Shown: positions 8,768 through 17,678, numbered from the stretch's first letter. The stretch is 64,000 bases of DNA from Candidatus Calditenuaceae archaeon (GCA_025058225.1 JANXEE010000017.1:2084-66083); one strand, 5' to 3'. Notes: generated by a model not told the origin, from the letters alone. Made by a program: numbers and translations.

Positions 8768-9154
8768 ATGAGGCGCGGGTTCGGGGAGCACGGCATCGAT
8801 CCTTCTCCCGAGGTCCTAGAGAGGGCGGTGGACTCGCTCGACGGCGTGGTGGGATGGCTCACCTACTTCGGACACGCAGCGGTATCGGAGGGGCGCCTGG
8901 ACGAGGGCGTCCTCGAGAGGGTCGTGAACGAGGCCAAGAGGGTGATAGAGGCGGAGCTCGCTAAGGTCTTCCAGAGGTCGAGGCACTACAGGCTGATCCT
9001 GCGGGCCGTCGGTGCGGGCAACCACAGGTGGGTCGAGATCAAGCGGACCGTCGAGGCCTGGTCCGGAGTCCACGTGCCCAACGCCCAGCTCACCAGGCTG
9101 CGCCACTCCCTCGAGAAGCTGAGCGTCGTCGAGAAGGTAGGGGACTCGTACTGA
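8768..9154 (+). CDS. DUF234-like winged-helix domain protein, resembling the C-terminal module of archaeal ATPases (PF01637); possible gene remnant
   Basis: HYRLILRAVGAGNHRWVEIKRTVE...LTRLRHSLEKLSVVEKVG matches the DUF234 pattern. No upstream ATPase domain is present in any frame. Confidence 0.35.
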   Translation: MRRGFGEHGIDPSPEVLERAVDSLDGVVGWLTYFGHAAVSEGRLDEGVLERVVNEAKRVIEAELAKVFQRSRHYRLILRAVGAGNHRWVEIKRTVEAWSGVHVPNAQLTRLRHSLEKLSVVEKVGDSY

Positions 9155-9412
9155 TCGGTAAGGCGGTGGGCCTCTAGCCCTCAGACCCGGACCAACACCT
9201 TGAGCGCCCTCCTCGCCGCGAAACGCTCGAACCACTCCCTGAACCCGAAGACGAACCTGTGCTGCTCTGGCGATGAGCCCGCGCGTAATTCCGTCCGGTT
9301 CATTTAAGCGTTCGAGGTCGATCGGCGCGAAGACCGGCCGTCCAGCGGGGCCGAACTCACCACCGTCGGCGCCTCAAGGGTCTTTAGGAGCCGAAGTGCC
9401 GGAATCTCGGGT

Positions 9413-10573
9413 TTGGGTCTACGGGAGCTCCCTAAAGTGGGCGAGGTGATGAGCAAAGACATGGAGGCCGTTCAGGCCGAGGAGCCCCTGATCAAGGTGG
9501 CGAGCGTCTTCGCCGAGAAGGACGTCGACGTGGTACTCGTGCTGTCCGGAGAGCAGCTTGTAGGCCTGCTGACAGAGAGGGTGCTCTTGAGGCCTAAGGT
9601 GAACCTACAGCAGGTCAAGGCGAAAACTTTCGCGATCCCGGTCCCGAGGCTCAAGGCCGACGATAGCGTGGCAAGGGCCGCAAAGCTGATGGTGGAGAAC
9701 AACATCAGGGCCCTTCCGGTGGTCGAGGAGAACTCGAGGCCCATCGGCGTCGTCGGTGTTTTCAACCTGCTGGAGGCTTGTAGGCCCTTCCTGAGGGGCC
9801 TTAAGGTCAAACAGGTCATGACCGAAGACCCTGTCACGGTCGCTGCAGACGACAGCATAGGGAAGGTGGTTGCCGTGATGAGGGACGAGGGCGTATCGAG
9901 GTTGCCGGTAGTCCAGAACGACAGGCTCGTCGGCATAATCACGCTCCACGACCTCATAGTAAAGGTGCTGGGACCCAGGTACAGGTCGACGGTCGGTGAA
10001 GTCCTAGGAGAGAAGATACCGACGTTGGGAACCAGGGCGAAGGACATCATGAACAGCCCCGTGATCACCTGTTCTCCCGATGACGACCTCTTGGTCGCTG
10101 TGGAGAAGATGAGGCACTACGACGTGTCCTGTGTCGTGGTGATCGAGGGTCAGAGGGTGGTGGGCATAGTGACGCGAACCGACGCGCTCGAGCCCCTTGC
10201 CTCCATAGGGGAGGAGGAGGTCGGAGTTCACGTGCAGGTCTCCTTCAAGCTCGCCAACTCACCGAGCGAGCAGGAGAAGTCGAGCGTCCTCGAGTCCGTA
10301 AGCTCGTTCGTCAGGAGGTACGGCGACACGATAGGGTCAGGGACCGTCACCCTCCACTTCAAGGAGCACAGGGAGAAGCACGGAGAGATTCACCTCATTC
10401 ACTGCAGGGCAAGGCTCAACACGGACAGGTACAGGCTGGTGGGAGTTGGGGAGGGGTGGACGCCGACGCTCGCGGCTAGGGCTGCACTTCACCGGATCGA
10501 GAGGCAGCTAACGGTCAGCAAGGAGCTCGAGCAGAGGTATGACGTGCTCTCGGAGCTGGCCGAGCGATATTGA
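9413..10573 (+). CDS. CBS-domain protein (about 4 CBS motifs) with C-terminal HPF/RaiA (ribosomal S30AE)-like domain
   Basis: Repeated CBS signature pairs. The last ~100 aa align to hibernation-promoting factor: VTLHF..HGEIHLIHCRARLNTDRYRLVGVGEGWTPTLAARAALHRIERQL versus the HPF ...yaAiD...dkLerQl pattern. Confidence 0.55.
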   Translation: MGLRELPKVGEVMSKDMEAVQAEEPLIKVASVFAEKDVDVVLVLSGEQLVGLLTERVLLRPKVNLQQVKAKTFAIPVPRLKADDSVARAAKLMVENNIRALPVVEENSRPIGVVGVFNLLEACRPFLRGLKVKQVMTEDPVTVAADDSIGKVVAVMRDEGVSRLPVVQNDRLVGIITLHDLIVKVLGPRYRSTVGEVLGEKIPTLGTRAKDIMNSPVITCSPDDDLLVAVEKMRHYDVSCVVVIEGQRVVGIVTRTDALEPLASIGEEEVGVHVQVSFKLANSPSEQEKSSVLESVSSFVRRYGDTIGSGTVTLHFKEHREKHGEIHLIHCRARLNTDRYRLVGVGEGWTPTLAARAALHRIERQLTVSKELEQRYDVLSELAERY

Positions 10574-11091
10574 GTTCCACCGTGCCAGAGGGTGGTGAGG
10601 GGACTGCGGCCGTCGGTGCGATACTCGACCCAAGGAGCCACGTGCTGGTAGTGAAGAGGGCCGTCCGTGAAGGCGATCCCTGGTCGGGACAGTGGGCTCT
10701 GCCCGGAGGGAGGTGGACGCTGGGGGACTCGGACCTCCTGGAGACGTTGAGAAGGGAAGTCCTCGAGGAGACGGGCATCGACATCACAATGCTCGAACCG
10801 ATCGGGTGGCTGGGGCCTTTATCGCCAATGAACAGACCCGGACTCAAAGTCCACGTGCTTGCGCTGCTGGCCCGTGAGAGGCCTCAGGTCAGGCTCAACT
10901 ACGAGCTGTCAGACTTCAGGTGGGTCAGGCCGTCCGTGATGAGGCGGGCTTTGGTAAGGGCCCTCACGTCGTTCGGAGAGAGGGAAGTGGAGGCTATGGT
11001 GGAAGAAGACGTGGTGATTTGGGGGCTTACCTATCGCATCCTCGATCAGCTCTACTCGTCGGGATTCTTACGGAGCCTGCACACCGGTTGA
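10570..11091 (+). CDS. NUDIX hydrolase
   Basis: Nudix box GGRWTLGDSDLLETLRREVLEETGI (Gx5Ex7REUxEExGU). Start overlaps the upstream stop (ATGA). Confidence 0.8.
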   Translation: MSSTVPEGGEGTAAVGAILDPRSHVLVVKRAVREGDPWSGQWALPGGRWTLGDSDLLETLRREVLEETGIDITMLEPIGWLGPLSPMNRPGLKVHVLALLARERPQVRLNYELSDFRWVRPSVMRRALVRALTSFGEREVEAMVEEDVVIWGLTYRILDQLYSSGFLRSLHTG

Positions 11092-11097
11092 CCACCT

Positions 11098-11787
11098 TCA
11101 AGGGTCCAGCTCAGCGCGCCCGATCAGAAGCCTTCCGGAGTAACCGTCCCAAGTCGTCGTCCATTCCAAGAGCTTCAACCTCTCCCTGAAGAGGGGGGCC
11201 CAGAGGACGAGCGTCTCGTAGTCTCCGCCCTCGCCGTCGGGGTCGAACCCGAACCTCTCCGAGAGGGTCATCAGCTCCCTCAGAGCGTCGCTGTCAATCT
11301 TACGACCGACCCAACTGCTATTGAGGCCGTTTGCCGAGACAGATGAGATCAATACCTCATAGCCCCTCCGGACGACCTCTGCCACCACGGAGCCCGGACT
11401 CATTCCCCAATTGGGTGTCAAGTGTGAGAGACCTATCTCGCTCAGTAGCGCGTCCATCCTGTACTTCTGGTAGCTGCTCCTTATTACCCCGGACACGACG
11501 CCCTCGATGCCGAGGGATTCGGAAAGGGACTCGAGGTGGCTGCCGAGGGCCTCGACCTCCTTCCCCTTGCCGGGAGGAACCTTGACGAACCTCTGCGACA
11601 GGCCCATCGAGCGTGCCTGAAGCGGTGTCACCTCCAGGCAGACGTCGTGAAATGCGTAGGAGTGGGGTTCTGGGACGACGGTTAGGAGCTCCACCACCTC
11701 GTGTCCGACATGAAGCGCCTTCTCGAGCGCCAGCGTCGAGTCCTTACCGCCCGTGTAAAGCGCGACCACCCGCAACCCACCAGACAT
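11098..11787 (-). CDS. dph6: Diphthine-ammonia ligase (Dph6-type PP-loop ATPase, MJ0570 family)
   Basis: PP-loop VALYTGGKDS. GEGGDYETLVLWAPLF matches the eukaryotic DPH6 GEGGEYET block. Start taken at the internal Met just before the PP-loop. Confidence 0.75.
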   Translation of the reverse strand: MSGGLRVVALYTGGKDSTLALEKALHVGHEVVELLTVVPEPHSYAFHDVCLEVTPLQARSMGLSQRFVKVPPGKGKEVEALGSHLESLSESLGIEGVVSGVIRSSYQKYRMDALLSEIGLSHLTPNWGMSPGSVVAEVVRRGYEVLISSVSANGLNSSWVGRKIDSDALRELMTLSERFGFDPDGEGGDYETLVLWAPLFRERLKLLEWTTTWDGYSGRLLIGRAELDP

Positions 11788-11857
11788 GCCTGCCCTTGGA
11801 AATAACGGTCTCGCGTCTAGTGGCAAACTTATGTGCAGGCTCTTCTTCTTCGTCGAG

Positions 11858-14356
11858 ATGAGGACTTACCCATACGCGAGGCCTGGAAGGGACTTCGCGT
11901 ACCCCGAATACGTATCCGTCTACCCGCCCGATCGGGGATACTCGGTCAGGCACATCAAGCTCGAGTTGTGGATAGACTTCGACGGCAAGCGTCTGACCGG
12001 TGAAGAGGAGATCGTGATCGTCAGGAACGGTTCAGGGGTCGACAATGTGGTCCTCGACGCGTGTGAGTTGGAGATTCGTAACGTGCTCGTCGACGGTGCA
12101 GAGGCCCCATGGCACTACGACGGCAACTCTCTCTCCGTTAACGTTGTGGGGAAGGAGGCCGCGATCAAAGTCAGTTACGTCGCCAGACCGAGGAAGGGGT
12201 TCCACTTCGTCGGACCGGACGAGGCGAATCCCAACAGAGCCCCTCATTGCTGGAGTCAGGGAGAGACGGACTACAATCGTTACTGGATGGTCCTCTATGA
12301 CCACCCATCGGTCAAACAGACCTCGGAGCTCATAATTCACGTCCCAAGGGGGATGGTTGCGGTCTCTAACGGCGACCTAGTACGGCACGAAAGTCTCGAC
12401 GGCGAGGAGATCTGGCACTACAGAATGGATGTCCCCCACTCGGGATACCTGATAAGCGTCGCGGCTGGTCAATTGGAGGTCATAGAGGAGCACCATAGGG
12501 GCATCAGGCTCCAGTACTTCGTCCCGAAGGGGTGGAGGGAGAAGGCCCATCTCTCTTTCGGGAAGACTTCTACGATCATTGACTTCCTCAGCCAGTACCT
12601 CAACTGCGAGTACCCTTACCGGAAGTACGCGCAGGTCGTCGTCAGCGAGTTCATCTTCGGCGGCATGGAGAACACGACCGCAACCACGCTCACAGACCTC
12701 ACCCTCCACGACGAGAAGGCCCACGAGGAGTTCTCCAGCGATCCTCTGGTGGCCCACGAGCTCGTTCATCAGTGGTTCGGCGACCTCGTCACGTGCAGGG
12801 ACTGGCCCCACATCTGGCTGAACGAGAGCTTCGCGACGTATCTGGAGAACCTCTTCGTCCTTCACGACAAGGGCAAGGCGGAGTTCGTCTACGAAGTGCT
12901 CAGAGATCTGGACACCTACCTGCAGGAGTACAGGGACAGGTACGCGCGGCCGATAGTTTCGCGGGTCTACAGGTACCCCACAGAGCTCTTCGACGGCCAC
13001 TCTTACCCGAAGGGTGCTCTGGTGCTCAACGCGCTGAGAGGCCTCCTGGGCGATGAGGTCTTCAGGAAGGGGTTGGAGGAGTTCCTGAGGAGGTACCGGT
13101 ACAAGGCCGTCGACACGGAGGACTTCAGGAAGACGATGGAGGAGGTCTCGGGGAGGAGTCTGGAGCTCTTCTTCGAGCAGTACCTCTACAACTCAGGTCA
13201 TCCGGTCCTCTCGATCGAGGAGGAGTACGACTCGTCTACAGGAACGCTGAAGCTCAGGTTCAAACAGACTCAGGGTGAGGACTCTCTTCCGGAGTACTGG
13301 ATCCCCCTCAGGGTGACCGCGAAGCGCAAGGACGGTTACAGGGAGTTCAGGGTTGAGCTCAGATCGAGAGAGGAGGTCGTGGCTCTTCCCATGCCCGAGA
13401 GGCCCGAGTGGGTCTGCATCGATCCTGAACTCGAGTCTTTCGTGGTGCTTGACAGGAAGCTCGGCGACGAGGTCTGGGCGAGGATCCTCAGGGAGGACGA
13501 GCACGTTTACTGCAAGCTACTCGCCATTAGGGCACTCGGTAAGATAGGGAGCGCGAAGTCGATCGATGCCCTCGGGAACGTTCTGGTTGACGGTGAGGTC
13601 TTCTGGGGTCTCGCCGCTGAAGCTGCGAAGGCCCTCGGGTCGTCGAGGAGCGAGTCAGCCAAGGAGAGGCTTATCTCCGCGCTTAAGGTCGTCAGCAGGC
13701 CGAAGGTGAGGCTCGCGATCTGCGAGGCCCTCTCGAATTTCAGGGGAAGGGACGTCGCCGAGGCCCTGAAGTCCGTTCTGCGCAACGGCGCCGAGGGCTA
13801 CTACACGAGACAGGCAGCAGCCCATTCGCTCGGGAAATCTGGCGACGAGTCTGACCTAGAGGTACTGATCGCCCATCTCGATGAGCCCTCCCATAACAAC
13901 GCGATCACGAACGGGTGTCTGAGGGGCATAGCGGAGATCGGTGGCGAGAGAGCTCTTGAGATCGTGATGAAGTACACTGCACGCGACAAACCGAGCCACG
14001 TCCGGGCCAGTGCCGCGTCGCTCCTCGGGAGGTTTCCGGGGAAGAGAGAAGTCCTCAAGAGACTCGGGGAGCTGGCGACCGACGAGAGCTACAGGGTCAG
14101 GAGGGGGGTGGTCGCGGCTTGTTCCGAGCTGGCTTCGCCGCAGGTCTTGCCGATACTCAACAGGATCGCAGATTCAGACCCTTACGAGATGGTGAGGAGG
14201 GACGCGCGGGACGCCGCTGAGCGCGTCAGGAAGTCTCTGGAGCGGGGGACGGAGTACAGGGTCCTGAGGGAGGAGCTTGAGAAGATCAGGGAGGAGAACA
14301 GGAGGCTGATTGACAGGATGGCCGCTCTCTCGAAGGTCGTCGAATTGAAGGGGTGA
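11858..14356 (+). CDS. M1-family zinc aminopeptidase (tricorn-interacting factor F3/aminopeptidase N-like) with C-terminal HEAT/PBS-lyase repeats
   Basis: HELVHQWFGDLVTCRDWPHIWLNESFATY is the HExxH-18-E zinc site, and a GAMEN-like GGMEN motif is present. The C-terminal 250 aa carry repetitive ALG/ALS HEAT-like units. Start chosen at MRTYPY (ATG 11858); an upstream ATG at 11831 is also possible. Confidence 0.85.
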   Translation: MRTYPYARPGRDFAYPEYVSVYPPDRGYSVRHIKLELWIDFDGKRLTGEEEIVIVRNGSGVDNVVLDACELEIRNVLVDGAEAPWHYDGNSLSVNVVGKEAAIKVSYVARPRKGFHFVGPDEANPNRAPHCWSQGETDYNRYWMVLYDHPSVKQTSELIIHVPRGMVAVSNGDLVRHESLDGEEIWHYRMDVPHSGYLISVAAGQLEVIEEHHRGIRLQYFVPKGWREKAHLSFGKTSTIIDFLSQYLNCEYPYRKYAQVVVSEFIFGGMENTTATTLTDLTLHDEKAHEEFSSDPLVAHELVHQWFGDLVTCRDWPHIWLNESFATYLENLFVLHDKGKAEFVYEVLRDLDTYLQEYRDRYARPIVSRVYRYPTELFDGHSYPKGALVLNALRGLLGDEVFRKGLEEFLRRYRYKAVDTEDFRKTMEEVSGRSLELFFEQYLYNSGHPVLSIEEEYDSSTGTLKLRFKQTQGEDSLPEYWIPLRVTAKRKDGYREFRVELRSREEVVALPMPERPEWVCIDPELESFVVLDRKLGDEVWARILREDEHVYCKLLAIRALGKIGSAKSIDALGNVLVDGEVFWGLAAEAAKALGSSRSESAKERLISALKVVSRPKVRLAICEALSNFRGRDVAEALKSVLRNGAEGYYTRQAAAHSLGKSGDESDLEVLIAHLDEPSHNNAITNGCLRGIAEIGGERALEIVMKYTARDKPSHVRASAASLLGRFPGKREVLKRLGELATDESYRVRRGVVAACSELASPQVLPILNRIADSDPYEMVRRDARDAAERVRKSLERGTEYRVLREELEKIREENRRLIDRMAALSKVVELKG

Positions 14357-14360
14357 ATGC

Positions 14361-14687
14361 CTACCGCCTCAAGGGAACCCTGTTGACCGCACCGCAGTTA
14401 CCACATATCACGACCACGCCCTTCGTTCTTCCTCTCTTCACTCTGAACCTCGAGCCCTCCGAGAACTTGTAGAGGGACAGACATTTCCTACAGATCAACC
14501 TCGAGTACCTCCTCGGCATCCTAGTCCTCGTCCTCCTGCAGAGCTCCACCGCGTGTCTCACAGCCGCCCTCCGAAGGACGCCGTCCTCCGTCCTCAGAGC
14601 CAGTTCCATCAACCTCTCGACCTCCATCAGGACCGTTCTGCCTCTGTCCCTTCCCGCAGCTCCTCCCAAGCTCCCCTCCCCTTCCAC
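14361..14687 (-). CDS. rnp4: RNase P protein component 4 (Rpp21/Rnp4)
   Basis: Basic helical N-terminus followed by the zinc ribbon CRKC...CGNCG with RVPLRR tail, typical of archaeal Rpp21. Confidence 0.7.
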   Translation of the reverse strand: MEGEGSLGGAAGRDRGRTVLMEVERLMELALRTEDGVLRRAAVRHAVELCRRTRTRMPRRYSRLICRKCLSLYKFSEGSRFRVKRGRTKGVVVICGNCGAVNRVPLRR

Positions 14688-14748
14688 CGGGTCTTAAAGG
14701 GGGTTGTGTGTCATTGAGGCCGTCGCAGAGGCCGCGCTTCCGATTTAT

Positions 14749-14958
14749 ATGGTCGCTGAGGAGCAGACGACCGTGTCGAGCGCCAAGGTCATAGCGTTAC
14801 CTACGTGCACGTCCTGCAACAGGTCGATCACACCGGAGGAGAAGGCGGTGAGGTTCCCGTGTCCGTCGTGCAACAGGGTCACCATCTGGAGGTGTGAGGT
14901 GTGCAGGGATCTCTCGAGGACCTACGTCTGTCCCGTATGCGGGTTTGAGGGGCCGTAG
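14749..14958 (+). CDS. Small zinc-finger protein of the HVO_2753 family (four CxxC/CPxCG knuckles)
   Basis: CTSCN...CPSCN...CEVCR...YVCPVCGFEGP is close to the HVO_2753 C-terminus YECPDCGFMGP. Sits immediately upstream of ef1b. The ORF could begin at 14704. Confidence 0.65.
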   Translation: MVAEEQTTVSSAKVIALPTCTSCNRSITPEEKAVRFPCPSCNRVTIWRCEVCRDLSRTYVCPVCGFEGP

Positions 14959-14960
14959 CC

Positions 14961-15230
14961 ATGGGACGTGTCCTTTACGTCGTCAGGGTGATGCCCGCAG
15001 ACGATGAGGTGGATCTCGATCAGCTGCTCGGATCTATCAAGAGGTCTGTACCTGAAGAGGTCCTCGTGAGGAAGGCCGTGAGGGAGGGTGTCGCATTCGG
15101 TCTGGAGAGCTTGGTGATAGCCTTCTCCCTTCCCGAGAAGGAGGGGATAACTGACGAGCTCGAGGAGGCCCTGAGGTCCGTAGAGGGTGTCGGAGAAGTA
15201 TCCGTTGAGGCCCTCACGAGAGAGGGTTGA
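14961..15230 (+). CDS. ef1b: Elongation factor 1-beta (aEF-1beta)
   Basis: 89 aa. MGRVLYVVRVMPADDEVDLDQL...VAFGLESLVIAF...EGITDELEEALRSVEGVGEVSVEALTR fits the archaeal EF1B consensus. Confidence 0.85.
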   Translation: MGRVLYVVRVMPADDEVDLDQLLGSIKRSVPEEVLVRKAVREGVAFGLESLVIAFSLPEKEGITDELEEALRSVEGVGEVSVEALTREG

Positions 15231-16091
15231 CTACCTTCTGATCTGCTCTATTGTCTTGTCGACCATTATACCCGCGAGGTCGATACCTGAGACCCTAACC
15301 GTGTTCCTGAACTCGATCACCGCGTTCACCTCGCTGACGTAGACTCTGCCGTCCGAGGACTCCAGTAGGTCAACGCCGAGTATGCCACCACCTATTGCCT
15401 CTGCGGCCTTGATCGTCAGGTCGAGAAGTTCCTCGCTCAGCTCCGCAGGTTCGGCCTTCCCACCGAGGGCCGTGTTGGTCTTCCACCTAGTGCTGTAACG
15501 GTAAATCGCTACAGGGACCTCGCCCCATACGTAGAACGACCTTATGTCCCGGCCGGGTTTGTTGACGAACTCCTGCAGGTAGTGGACCCTGAAATATGGT
15601 GAAGGCATAGACTCCCTGAAGTCGACGATGTCAAGGAGGTCGTCCTCACTGAGTGCTCTGGCCATCATCCTCCCCCAGCTCCCGAAGATTGGCTTCACGA
15701 CTACCGGGTATCCGAGCTCCCTCGCGGCCTCTATCACCTTCTGCCTCGAGAAGGCGACGAATGTCTTCGGAACAGGTACGCCCCTTGAGGAGAGTCTTAT
15801 CGTGGTCACGAGCTTGTCGCCGCAGTCCCTGATCACCTCGTAGCCGTTCACCACCTCGATTCCCTTTCCCTCCAGCAACGCGGCGCTCGATAGCGCCCTG
15901 TAGAAGCTCACACACCTCTCGAAGGCGAAGTCGAGTCTGTCCAGCTTCTCCTGAGAGGAGTCGTTAACCTTCACCACCATCGAAGGCACGTAGAAAGGCA
16001 CCAGCTCGTGGCCCCTTTTCCTGATGGCCTCTACAATCTGTCTCTCCTCGTCACGGACGACGTCGTAGGCTATCCCGATCTTCAACCCCAA
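15231..16091 (-). CDS. lysX: LysX/ArgX ATP-grasp ligase (RimK family; attaches alpha-aminoadipate/glutamate to LysW)
   Basis: RimK-like ATP-grasp motifs, about 286 aa, directly downstream of a LysW-like gene. Confidence 0.8.
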   Translation of the reverse strand: MGLKIGIAYDVVRDEERQIVEAIRKRGHELVPFYVPSMVVKVNDSSQEKLDRLDFAFERCVSFYRALSSAALLEGKGIEVVNGYEVIRDCGDKLVTTIRLSSRGVPVPKTFVAFSRQKVIEAARELGYPVVVKPIFGSWGRMMARALSEDDLLDIVDFRESMPSPYFRVHYLQEFVNKPGRDIRSFYVWGEVPVAIYRYSTRWKTNTALGGKAEPAELSEELLDLTIKAAEAIGGGILGVDLLESSDGRVYVSEVNAVIEFRNTVRVSGIDLAGIMVDKTIEQIRR

Positions 16092-16100
16092 GCTACCCTT

Positions 16101-16274
16101 TTACTCCCCCCAGTCCTCGGCCACTTCCTCAGCCATCTTCAGCTTGGGCCTTTCGCCCTCTAGGTAGTACTCCAGCTGGGCTCCACAGGATCCGCACTCG
16201 AATAACTCGCCCTCTAACGCGTCCTCAGGTACGTCCACCTTACCGTCGCAGACCGGACAGTTCAGCGACCTCAT
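16101..16274 (-). CDS. lysW: Amino-group carrier protein LysW/ArgW
   Basis: 57-aa zinc ribbon (CPVCDG...CGSCGA) ending in the diagnostic acidic EDWGE C-terminus. Start taken at the internal Met; the ORF extends to 16289. Confidence 0.8.
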   Translation of the reverse strand: MRSLNCPVCDGKVDVPEDALEGELFECGSCGAQLEYYLEGERPKLKMAEEVAEDWGE

Positions 16275-16424
16275 ACCACTAGCCTCCATCGCGCGACATA
16301 GAACGGTCCTGCTCTTAAACGTAATGTCCTTCCGTTATCCGTTAGGTCCATCCCTGTTCGTTAACTGACTTTCCGGCTAATTGGGACGATTTCGTTATGA
16401 TCTTTACGAATTGCGTCACAGAGA

Positions 16425-17678
16425 TCAAAACTTGAGGACGAGGCCCTTCTTCTCCAGACTTATGGCCTCGAAGGGGATTGAGAGCTCTCTAGCTATCCTG
16501 TAGGCCTCAGCGATCTCATGAGGAGTGGGGTAGCGCGCTATGTCAGAGAGCCTAGGGTCGAAGTCAGGTGACGCGGGGTCTGCGAAGCAGTCGGGGTGGT
16601 ACTGGTCCATGACGTTGACGAGCGTTCCGGGCATGTTCTCAGCGATCCACGATAGCACAGGTCTCGTGCAGCACTCGACGTGGTTCGGCATCACGAGGTG
16701 CCGTATCACCATGTCCTCGCCCCATTCGTAGATCGTCCTGTGGTTCGCGGTCACGGTCTCCCAATACCAGGGAGTCCTCGCGAGCCTTATCGAGCACTTG
16801 TCGTTCCCGAACTTGAAGTCCGGGAGCCAGATGTCAACCAGCTCCCTGAGCAGCTCGAGCGTCTCCGGCGTCATGTACATGTTCGAGTTCCAGAGGATCG
16901 GGACGTTGAACTCTCCGTCGATCGAGTACCTCTCCCTCGGGAGCCTCCTCCACCTCAGGTAGTCGGGCTTCATCAGCCACATGTAAGCGAGGTCCTCCTT
17001 CTCCGGGACAACCTTCCCGAGCATCGATATCGCCTCGACGATTGTGTGGAGGTGGACCGTGGGCTCACCGCCGACGAGGTTGACGTTGTGGCAACCCTCC
17101 ACTCTCAGCTCCCACATCATCTTCGCCAAGAGCTCAGGAGTGATGTCGAGGCCGTTGTCCTTGTCCTTGCTGATGTCGCCGTTCTGGCAGAACCCGCACC
17201 TCATGTTGCAAGACGTGAAGAAGACTGTCCCAGAACCTGTCGTCCCCCTTATCGGCAGCTCTTCGCCCAAGTGGTGAAAGTAGCTGCTGACCTTGGAGGT
17301 CCTCGCCAGCATGCAGGTTCCCAGCTTCCCTCCCGAGACCCGATCGACCCTGCACCTCCACCTGCAGAAGGTGCACGACCTCAGCATCCGCCTCACGATC
17401 TCGACCTTCAGGTCCATCAACGACGGTGAGACCTCCTCCAGATCACGCAACCTCAGTCCGCCCTCCCTCAGTTCGCGCTGGAGACCCCTGAACTCCTCAG
17501 AGCACCTCCTGTGCTCCCTCCAGAGTTCTTCATCCGACGACTCGGAGCCGAATTCCGCACGAACCCTCCTGCATATCAGGAACTTGGCCGGTTGTTCGTT
17601 GTTCGCAACCCTGTAGTACCAGTTAAGCCTCTCTCTTACCTCTTCGAGTTCCCAGACCCACAGCGACTGAAAACTCAT
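16425..17678 (-). CDS. Radical SAM protein, PflX-like (COG1313), with about 120-aa N-terminal extension
   Basis: CNMRCGFCQN is the Cx3Cx2C cluster. GTTGSGTVFFTSC and GCHNVNLVGGEPT blocks resemble the PFL-activase-like family. Confidence 0.65.
   Translation of the reverse strand: MSFQSLWVWELEEVRERLNWYYRVANNEQPAKFLICRRVRAEFGSESSDEELWREHRRCSEEFRGLQRELREGGLRLRDLEEVSPSLMDLKVEIVRRMLRSCTFCRWRCRVDRVSGGKLGTCMLARTSKVSSYFHHLGEELPIRGTTGSGTVFFTSCNMRCGFCQNGDISKDKDNGLDITPELLAKMMWELRVEGCHNVNLVGGEPTVHLHTIVEAISMLGKVVPEKEDLAYMWLMKPDYLRWRRLPRERYSIDGEFNVPILWNSNMYMTPETLELLRELVDIWLPDFKFGNDKCSIRLARTPWYWETVTANHRTIYEWGEDMVIRHLVMPNHVECCTRPVLSWIAENMPGTLVNVMDQYHPDCFADPASPDFDPRLSDIARYPTPHEIAEAYRIARELSIPFEAISLEKKGLVLKF

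Noticed and set aside
8535-8771. 78-aa plus-strand ORF upstream of the DUF234-like gene as the missing ATPase N-terminus
   Set aside because: Translation is Ser/Pro/Arg-rich with no P-loop. It is not in frame with the downstream ORF in any way suggestive of a simple frameshift.
12377-13000. 207-aa minus-strand ORF inside the M1 aminopeptidase gene
   Set aside because: Antisense shadow ORF. The HExxH...E zinc site is on the plus strand.
16680-17429. 249-aa plus-strand ORF opposite the radical SAM gene
   Set aside because: Pro/Arg/His-rich low-complexity sequence. The minus strand carries the Cx3Cx2C motif.
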